Assembly: GCA_001784175.1 (NCBI GenBank)
Contig: MFPR01000001.1
Span: 248,001-292,560, forward strand
From: Candidatus Lindowbacteria bacterium RIFCSPLOWO2_12_FULL_62_27
GTDB lineage: Bacteria > Lindowbacteria > 2-12-FULL-62-27
DNA: 44,560 nucleotides
Direction: 5' to 3'
The translations under genes were made by a program, and so were the position numbers. Below the pieces are notes generated by a model. It searched no databases. It saw nothing but the letters and a program-made list of their open reading frames with translations, and had not been told where the DNA came from. Shown one piece after another: positions 38,379 to 44,560 of this stretch. The number at the start of each line of letters is the position of its first letter. Positions within the stretch are counted from its first letter, which is position 1.

Positions 38379-39017
38379 ATGAGCTGGTTTCGGAAGGTCA
38401 TCGACGCTGTGGCGCCGCCGGCGTCCGGGAAATTTTTTCAGAGTCTCAAGGAGATCAGCCGGATGGCCCAGGAAGCCGCCAAGATGCTCGAAGGGGCGGC
38501 GCGGGACGGGCGGCTGGGGACGGCGGGGTTTGCGGCCGAGATTCATGCGCTGGAAAACCGGGCCGACGCCGCGACCGAGCGGTTTCTTCTCTCCGTGCGG
38601 CACACCATGATCCATCCGATCGATCCGGACGACCTGCGCGAAATCGCCGACCGGCTGGATTCGTGCATCGACACCATGGACCACTACTCGTGGCGCATGG
38701 AGGCCTTCCGGCTGAAGCCGACGGCCGTGATGATCGGTTTCATCGCGCTGATCCGCCAGATGGCCGACACGATGACCGAGATGTTCGACCTGCTCCTTCA
38801 TGCCGACCTCACGGGCCTCGACGCGGGGTATCGGCGGCTCAACGAGCTTGAACGGCAGGCCGACGGCCTCTTCCATTCCGCCGTGCACGAGATGCACGCC
38901 TCGGGGGGCCTGTGCTACACGGTCGAAGACGAAGTGATCTCGACGCTGGAGAAATGTTCCGACCGATGCCGCGACGTGGGGCACCTACTGGTCGTCATGA
39001 CGGAGCGGAACCGGTAG
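38379..39017 (+). CDS. DUF47 phosphate-transport regulator (PhoU-like)
   Basis: LENRAD, PIDPDDL...LD...D, LERQAD, LEKCSDRC; directly upstream of the PiT gene. Confidence 0.85.
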   Translation: MSWFRKVIDAVAPPASGKFFQSLKEISRMAQEAAKMLEGAARDGRLGTAGFAAEIHALENRADAATERFLLSVRHTMIHPIDPDDLREIADRLDSCIDTMDHYSWRMEAFRLKPTAVMIGFIALIRQMADTMTEMFDLLLHADLTGLDAGYRRLNELERQADGLFHSAVHEMHASGGLCYTVEDEVISTLEKCSDRCRDVGHLLVVMTERNR

Positions 39018-40022
39018 ATGGAAGGTGTGGTGCTGCTGATCGCGGTCGCGCTCGTGTTTGATTTCGTCAACGGCTGGCACGACAGCGCCAACAGCATCGC
39101 CACCGTCGTGGGCACCAAAACCCTCACGCCCCTGCAGGCGGTGCTGCTGGCGGGCTTCGGCAATTTCATCGCCATCCTTTTTTTTGAACTTCACGTCGCA
39201 AAAACCATCGGCAAGGGCCTGGTGGTTCCGGCCGTCGTAGACCAGCATGTGATTTTTGGCGCGCTGGCCGGCGCGATCGTTTGGGACGTCATCACGTGGT
39301 ATTTCGGCATTCCCTCGTCGTCGAGCCACGCGCTGATGGGGGGACTGGCGGGCGCGGCGCTGGTCAAGGCCGGCTGGGGAGCGATCCTGGTCGAAGGCTG
39401 GGTGCGGCCGGTTCTCTTCATAGTGCTGGCGCCGCTTTTGGGTCTTGCCATGGGCATGATCCTGATGACGCTGGTGGCGTGGCTGATCTTTCTGATCGAG
39501 CCGCATGCGCCCCATGGCGCCGTCCGGTCGGGCGGCCGGATTCTCCAAGTGTTCAGTTCGCTGTCCTATTCGGTCGGTCATGGCGGCAATGACGCGCAAA
39601 AGACCATGGGCATCATCACCGCCCTCCTAGTCGCGGTGGGCTGGCAGGCCACCTATGACCCCCCGTTGTGGGTGATCTTCTCCTGTCAAGCCGCGATGGC
39701 CCTGGGAACCGTCGCGGGCGGATGGCGGATCGTGCGGACGCTGGGCACGAAATTATGCGACCTCAAAGTCCCGGCGGGGATATCGGCGGAAGCCGGGGGC
39801 GCCGCCACGCTGTTTGGCGCGTCGATGCTGGGGATACCGGTGAGCACGACCCACACGATCACCGGCGCCATCGCCGGCGCGGGCTCGGTGTGGTACCGGC
39901 GGCTGTCGGCGGTTCAGTGGGGCATCGTGCCGAGGATCGTATGCGCGTGGGTGCTGACGATTCCGGCCTCGGCGGCCGTCGCGGCGGCAGTCTACCGGCT
40001 GAGCCGGGGCATTTCTTTTTAG
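39018..40022 (+). CDS. PiT-family inorganic phosphate transporter
   Basis: NGWHDSANSIAT, GIPSSSSH, HGGNDAQKTMG, GIPVSTTH. Confidence 0.95.
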   Translation: MEGVVLLIAVALVFDFVNGWHDSANSIATVVGTKTLTPLQAVLLAGFGNFIAILFFELHVAKTIGKGLVVPAVVDQHVIFGALAGAIVWDVITWYFGIPSSSSHALMGGLAGAALVKAGWGAILVEGWVRPVLFIVLAPLLGLAMGMILMTLVAWLIFLIEPHAPHGAVRSGGRILQVFSSLSYSVGHGGNDAQKTMGIITALLVAVGWQATYDPPLWVIFSCQAAMALGTVAGGWRIVRTLGTKLCDLKVPAGISAEAGGAATLFGASMLGIPVSTTHTITGAIAGAGSVWYRRLSAVQWGIVPRIVCAWVLTIPASAAVAAAVYRLSRGISF

Positions 40023-40026
40023 CCAA

Positions 40027-41049
40027 GTGCGTTGGCCGGCGGAGTGGGAACGGCAGGACGGAGTCCTTCTTGCGTGGCCGCACGAGGGGACCGACTGGGC
40101 GCCGCGGCTTGGGGAGGTCGAAGGTGTGTACGCGCAGATCGCGGCGGCGATCAGCCGGCGGGAGCGCGTGCTGATTGTGAGGCCCGGGGACGCAGGGCCG
40201 GTCCTAGAGGGCCTGCGGGCCGGCGGCGCGGACCTTTCGCACATCCAATTTTACGATATCCCAACAAACGACACATGGACGCGCGATTTCGGGCCGATCG
40301 GTGTTTTAGAAAAGGGCCAGCCCGTGCTTCTGGATTTCATGTTCAACGGCTGGGGCCTGAAATTTGCGGCGGATCTCGACAATCTCGTGACTTGGAAACT
40401 GGCCGAGCAGAGAGCGTTCGGGAAGATGCCCTTGAGAGCGCCGGGGATGGTGCTGGAAGGCGGCAGCGTGGACGGCGACGGCGCGGGAACCGTCCTGACG
40501 ACCGAGGCGTGTCTGCTTTCCCGGAACCGAAACCCGCATTTGACCCGTGCGAAGATCGAGCGGAAGCTGGGACGGTGGCTGGGCGCGGACCGGATTTTGT
40601 GGCTGCGTCATGGCGCGCTGGCCGGAGATGACACCGACTCGCACGTCGACACGCTCGCGCGGTTCTGCCCCAGCGACACGATCGTCCATGTCGCGTGCGC
40701 CGACCGGCGGGACGAGCAGTATGAGGAACTGGACCTCATGCGGCGGGAACTTGCGGCGCTGCGAACGCGCCGTGGCCGGAAGTACCGGCTGCTGCCGCTG
40801 CCGCTGCCGGGGGCGATCCGGGACGAGGAAGGGCGGCGGTTGCCTGCGACGTACGCGAATTTCCTGGTGATCAACGGCGCGGTCATGGCGCCGCAGTACG
40901 GGGACGCGGCGGACAAAGTAGCGCGCGCGACGCTCAAGGCGGCCTTTCCTGGCCGGGAGATCATTGGTATGGACTGCACGCCGTTGCTTTTCGAACATGG
41001 ATCGCTTCATTGCGTGACGATGCAGATTCCGGAGGGAACACTGTCATGA
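40027..41049 (+). CDS. aguA: Agmatine deiminase (peptidyl-arginine deiminase family)
   Basis: PAEWE, DTWTRDFGP, FNGWG, LEGGS, DTDSHVD, ATYANF, GSLHCVTMQ. Confidence 0.92.
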   Translation: MRWPAEWERQDGVLLAWPHEGTDWAPRLGEVEGVYAQIAAAISRRERVLIVRPGDAGPVLEGLRAGGADLSHIQFYDIPTNDTWTRDFGPIGVLEKGQPVLLDFMFNGWGLKFAADLDNLVTWKLAEQRAFGKMPLRAPGMVLEGGSVDGDGAGTVLTTEACLLSRNRNPHLTRAKIERKLGRWLGADRILWLRHGALAGDDTDSHVDTLARFCPSDTIVHVACADRRDEQYEELDLMRRELAALRTRRGRKYRLLPLPLPGAIRDEEGRRLPATYANFLVINGAVMAPQYGDAADKVARATLKAAFPGREIIGMDCTPLLFEHGSLHCVTMQIPEGTLS

Positions 41050-41933
41050 AGAAGCTGGTGGTTGGGCTTGTTCAGCACAAGGCCGGGGAATCGATGGAGG
41101 CCAACACGGACAAGAATATGGAGGGCATCCGGGAGGCGGCGCGGCGCGGCGCGGGGCTCGTGGTGATGCCGGAACTTCACCGGAGCCGGTATTTCTGCCA
41201 GAGCGAGGACGCCCGATTCTTCGACTGGGCGGAGGCCGTGCCGGGTCCGTCGACGGAGCGATTCGGGCGGCTGGCAAAGGACATGGGCGCCGTGCTGGTG
41301 ATCTCGCTGTTCGAGAAGCGGGCGACCGGCCTGTATCACAACACGGCCGTCGTGCTCGACCGAACGGGCGAGGTGGCCGGGACCTACCGCAAGATGCACA
41401 TCCCGGACGATCCGCAGTATTACGAGAAATACTATTTTGCGCCGGGCGATTCGCAGTTCCGGCCGATCGCAACGTCGGTCGGAAAGCTGGGCGTGATGGT
41501 GTGCTGGGACCAGTGGTATCCGGAACCGGCGCGGCTCTCGGCGCTGCACGGCGCGGACGTTTTGGTCTACCCATCGGCCATCGGATGGGAGCCGGCGGAC
41601 GAGGCGGGCGAAAAGGAGCGGCAGATCGACTCCTGGGTGACCGTGCAGCGGGGCCATGCGATCGCCAACGGGATTCCGGTCATGGCGGCGAACCGGGTGG
41701 GATTTGAGCCAAACCCTTTGGGAGGCAGTGAAGGGATCGACTTTTGGGGGTCGAGTTTTGTCGCCGGATGCCAGGGCGAAATCATTTCGCGGGCGGCGAG
41801 CGACCGGGAGGAAATCGTGATGGCGGAGCTGGACCTCGGCGCGAGTGAGAGAGTACGGCGGGTGTGGCCTTTTCTTAGAGACCGCAGGATAGATGCGTAT
41901 ACGGATTTGGTGAGGAGATACGGAGGGCAGTAA
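41046..41933 (+). CDS. aguB: N-carbamoylputrescine amidase (carbon-nitrogen hydrolase)
   Basis: PEL, YRKMHIPDDP.YYEKYYF, VCWDQWYPE, YPSAIGW, FWGSSF, FLRDRR; ATGA overlap with aguA. Confidence 0.92.
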   Translation: MKKLVVGLVQHKAGESMEANTDKNMEGIREAARRGAGLVVMPELHRSRYFCQSEDARFFDWAEAVPGPSTERFGRLAKDMGAVLVISLFEKRATGLYHNTAVVLDRTGEVAGTYRKMHIPDDPQYYEKYYFAPGDSQFRPIATSVGKLGVMVCWDQWYPEPARLSALHGADVLVYPSAIGWEPADEAGEKERQIDSWVTVQRGHAIANGIPVMAANRVGFEPNPLGGSEGIDFWGSSFVAGCQGEIISRAASDREEIVMAELDLGASERVRRVWPFLRDRRIDAYTDLVRRYGGQ

Positions 41934-41940
41934 ACAGACA

Positions 41941-41974
41941 CCCCCACCCATCCTCCCCCATAAAGGGGGAGGGG
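41941..41974 (+). repeat. Variant REP-like palindrome after aguB
   Basis: CCCCCACCCATCCTCCCCC-ATAAA-GGGGGAGGGG. Confidence 0.75.
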
Positions 41975-42014
41975 TAAGTAATTCATAGAGATAAGAGAAA
42001 ACAGAAAAAATAAC

Positions 42015-42043
42015 TTGATTAAAACCAGCAAATCCGGTATAAA
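42015..42043 (+). promoter_or_regulatory. Putative sigma70 promoter
   Basis: TTGATT-17 nt-TATAAA in an A-rich spacer, upstream of a GGGGAGG RBS. Confidence 0.5.
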
Positions 42044-42072
42044 TAGTAAAAGCACGAAAAGGGGAGGAAAGA

Positions 42073-42660
42073 ATGCCCAAGCCATACTACACTACCGCAG
42101 AAATTGCTCGGATGACGCATGTGAGCGCCACGACGGTGGCGGATTGGATTGATTCTGGGAAGCTGAAGGCCTACCGGACGGGAGGGGGACACCGGCGGGT
42201 GGGGCCGGAGGATTTGCGGGTATTTTTCAGAAATCAAAATATTCCCCTGCCCGACACACTTTTTTCGGGCCATCCCTCCATATTAATAATAGACGACGAC
42301 GAGGACTTCGCGGTGCTTTTGAAGGAGCGCCTGGAGCCTCGCAACATGCGGGTCACCATCGCGACGAGCGGGTTTGAAGGGATTTACAAGCTGGGGCAGT
42401 TGCATCCGGACGTTGTGATATTGGACATGATGATGCCGGGCATGAACGGGGACGAGGTGTGCGAGGAGATCAAGACGACGGAGGAGTTGAAAGACACCTA
42501 CGTGATCGCGATCACGGCCTACGAAGGGGAGGACCTGAAGCACCGCGTGATGACGAAAGGCGCGGACGCGTTTATGAAAAAGCCGGCCAAATCCGGTGAT
42601 TTTGAGGACCTGATGGAATTGATCGTGAAGCACACAGGCTCACCGGCCGCCGCCCGCTGA
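42073..42660 (+). CDS. Excisionase-like HTH plus receiver-domain regulator (paralog of 11069..11665)
   Basis: YTTAEIARMTHVSATTVADWIDSGKLKAYRTGGGHRR then REC (IIDDD, LDMMMP, KKP). Confidence 0.9.
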   Translation: MPKPYYTTAEIARMTHVSATTVADWIDSGKLKAYRTGGGHRRVGPEDLRVFFRNQNIPLPDTLFSGHPSILIIDDDEDFAVLLKERLEPRNMRVTIATSGFEGIYKLGQLHPDVVILDMMMPGMNGDEVCEEIKTTEELKDTYVIAITAYEGEDLKHRVMTKGADAFMKKPAKSGDFEDLMELIVKHTGSPAAAR

Positions 42661-42696
42661 CGGGCGCGGCCACAGGACGGGGGGTGAATTTGTTGT

Positions 42697-43446
42697 ATGA
42701 ACGCGACGCTCGTGGAGAGGAAGACGGCTGAGGTATTGTATGTAGAGGACAACGACGACGACATTCTGCTGGTACAGAATCTTCTTGGGTCCCGGGGCAT
42801 TCAGGTGACGGGCGCCCAGAATCTGACGACCGCCCGGGAGCTTTTGTCGGGGCGCAAGTTTGATCTCGTGCTGTTGGATCACGTTCTTCCGGACGGCAAC
42901 GGCCTGTCGTTCATCGAGGAGCTGTGGTGGTGTTATCCGGACGTTCCGGTGATTCTGATCACGGGCCGGAAAGACGAGTCGCTGGCGCTGGCGGCGATCC
43001 GCAAAGGCGCGACGAATTTTGTCCTGAAAGACGAAATCAAAGAAGATCTATACCCGACCCTTGTGGAAAGCCTGGGCTGGCGGCAATCCGAGGAGGCGGC
43101 GGCGATCGGCGTGAGCGACTGGCACATTCCTCCGGACGCGACGGACAAGCTGACGCCGTGGCTGGAGCCGTATCATGCGCCAAAGAAGGAACCCGGGAGC
43201 CGGTTTCTGCACCGCGCCAGCGAATTCTACCAGACGATGCGGAGGAGCAAGCGGAGCGGATCTTCGAGCTGTTCCAGCGGGCCGTGGGGCGGGAGGTGGA
43301 GGGGACGGGCGCGGGCCTGGCGATTGTGCGGCAGATCGCGGAGCAGCACGGAGGCCGCGCCTGGATGCGGCCCCGATCGGGGGGCGGGTCGGAATTCATC
43401 GTCACGTTCACGCCGCCGGCGCGGGCGGCCCGGGAGGGCGGGTTGA
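42697..43446 (+). pseudogene. REC-histidine kinase with internal deletion and frameshift
   Basis: Intact REC (YVEDN, LLDHVLPD, ITG, VLK); after about 43238 a different frame carries only the HATPase C-terminus (RIFELFQR...GTGAGLAIVRQIAEQHGG); no H-box or N-box. Confidence 0.7.
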
Positions 43447-43895
43447 CCCTCATAGAGTTTCTGGTCGTGACGGTGATCGTCGGCATCCTGGCGGTTTCGG
43501 TGGTCGCGAAGATCAAGACGAGCCTCAACAAGTCGAGGAAGGCGTCGCTGGTGTCCTACATGGCGGAGGAGGTCCGGCCGGGCATGACGCAGTATTACGT
43601 GGACGAGGGGAAGTATCCGTCGAGCGGCCTTGGGGGGCTGGGCCTCGGCGTCACCGATCCGACGGTGACGCTGAAGGCGGGCGACTACGTGACGAGGACA
43701 ATCACGGAGAAGACCGTCGACATCGACGTGACCGTCGTGTGGGTCTACGCGTCGGGCACGCCGACGCTGGGATCGAATTCGTACTGGTTCGCGTGGTGCC
43801 TGATGGGCGCGAGTGCGGACGGGATTGACCTGCCGTGCTACAAGATGACGGACTCGATGCTGGAGGAGTCGTTGAATTTGTTGCCACCGCCGTAG
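43365..43895 (+). CDS. Prepilin / pseudopilin-like protein
   Basis: G|LTLIEFLVVTVIVGILAV N-methylation motif with Glu+5, YYVDEGKYP, two C-terminal Cys; candidate ATG 43365 with GGAGG 10 nt upstream. Confidence 0.75.
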   Translation: MRPRSGGGSEFIVTFTPPARAAREGGLTLIEFLVVTVIVGILAVSVVAKIKTSLNKSRKASLVSYMAEEVRPGMTQYYVDEGKYPSSGLGGLGLGVTDPTVTLKAGDYVTRTITEKTVDIDVTVVWVYASGTPTLGSNSYWFAWCLMGASADGIDLPCYKMTDSMLEESLNLLPPP

Positions 43896-43966
43896 CCAAC
43901 ACTGCCGCCATGAGCACTTGTCTTTCATGTATCGTTGGAGGACAATGGCAAGGTGGAGGTGAGGCG

Positions 43967-44145
43967 ATGAGCAAGCCGGTTCTGGATATCAAGATTGGGA
44001 AGAAGGATGGCAAAAAGCGGCGGGCGGCGGCGCTCATCGATCCGGAACCATGCAAAAATGGGACATCACGATCAAAAATGGCCATACTCAAATCTTGGTC
44101 GGCCACGACATGAACGACCCCGACGCATCGGCGGCGTTGGAATGA
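43967..44145 (+). pseudogene. Internally deleted small gene, possibly retropepsin-like aspartyl protease
   Basis: Strong RBS GGAGGTGAGG; frame 1 reads MSKPVLDIKIG...AAALID, another frame reads GTMQKWDITIKNGHTQILVGHDM...; that frame's TGA overlaps the next ATG. Confidence 0.4.
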
Positions 44146-44560
44146 ATAAACCTATAAACCTACGCCTGACCCCCGATGCACGCACACGACTTTCTTTCTG
44201 CCTCCTCATTTCCTTGTTTTGCATTGTCCGGGACCAGCCCGCTTACGCCGCATGGTTTGTCAATGACACATCCGCAACCGGCGATTCTTACACGTTCGCC
44301 CCTGGCTACGACACGCAGCCCGGGTCCGCCAACTCACCCTTCAGGACTGTTTCCCAAGCTCTTAAATCAGCCAAATCCGGAGATACCATCTACATTGATG
44401 CGGGCCTCTATACGGAGACTGTTGTCATCGACACGGATTACATCAGTCTCATCGGCAAGGACTCGAACACGACGGTGATCGACCCGCCGGGGGCGAACTG
44501 GGTCAGCGGTCTCTACGGCATCTACGCGGCGAACCGGACAGGGCTGGCGATCAAGGATCT
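44142..44560 (+). CDS. Secreted right-handed beta-helix / DUF1565-like protein, partial
   Basis: Manual translation: signal ...RLSFCLLISLFCIVRDQPAYA|AWFVND...GSANSPFRTVSQAL...GDTIYIDAGLYTETVVID...SLIG; runs off the window. Confidence 0.75.
   Translation, partial: MNKPINLRLTPDARTRLSFCLLISLFCIVRDQPAYAAWFVNDTSATGDSYTFAPGYDTQPGSANSPFRTVSQALKSAKSGDTIYIDAGLYTETVVIDTDYISLIGKDSNTTVIDPPGANWVSGLYGIYAANRTGLAIKD

Noticed and set aside
44176-44478. 100-aa ORF from the track
   Set aside because: Wrong frame; the frame from ATG 44142 gives a signal peptide and beta-helix motifs

Overview
GC-rich chromosomal window from a diderm bacterium; I see no rRNA, tRNA or CRISPR array. Left to right: the end of a TolC/MacA-type efflux operon; a DMT-family gene; a translationally coupled signalling operon (HTH-REC, two paralogous CHASE-PAS hybrid kinases, REC, FapA/DUF342, PAS hybrid kinase); an M6 protease / outer-membrane barrel / FecR operon; a monocistronic 1134-aa Pro/Cys/acidic repeat protein, divergent from an export-like operon with no ABC or RND pump (RRE-like+M50 peptidase+MFP, Crp/Fnr, TolC, 3xGAF-MFP, MFP); amt-glnK-porin; a GT2 gene; a DUF559 nuclease and an AT-rich gene bracketed by palindromic repeats; cutA-glyQ-glyS; DUF47-PiT-aguA-aguB; and a rearranged end region (HTH-REC, deleted REC-kinase, pilin, deleted small gene, beta-helix protein). 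Two candidate undescribed systems stand out. (1) A leader-peptide/M50-dependent, ATPase-less secretion system whose likely substrate has no K, R or H after residue 18. (2) A REP-like palindrome family that flanks a DUF559 nuclease; its gene-less doublets sit in frame inside signal-peptide regions of three exported proteins, and two copies differ in their spacer only by synonymous changes. All family assignments are by motif recognition, not database searches.
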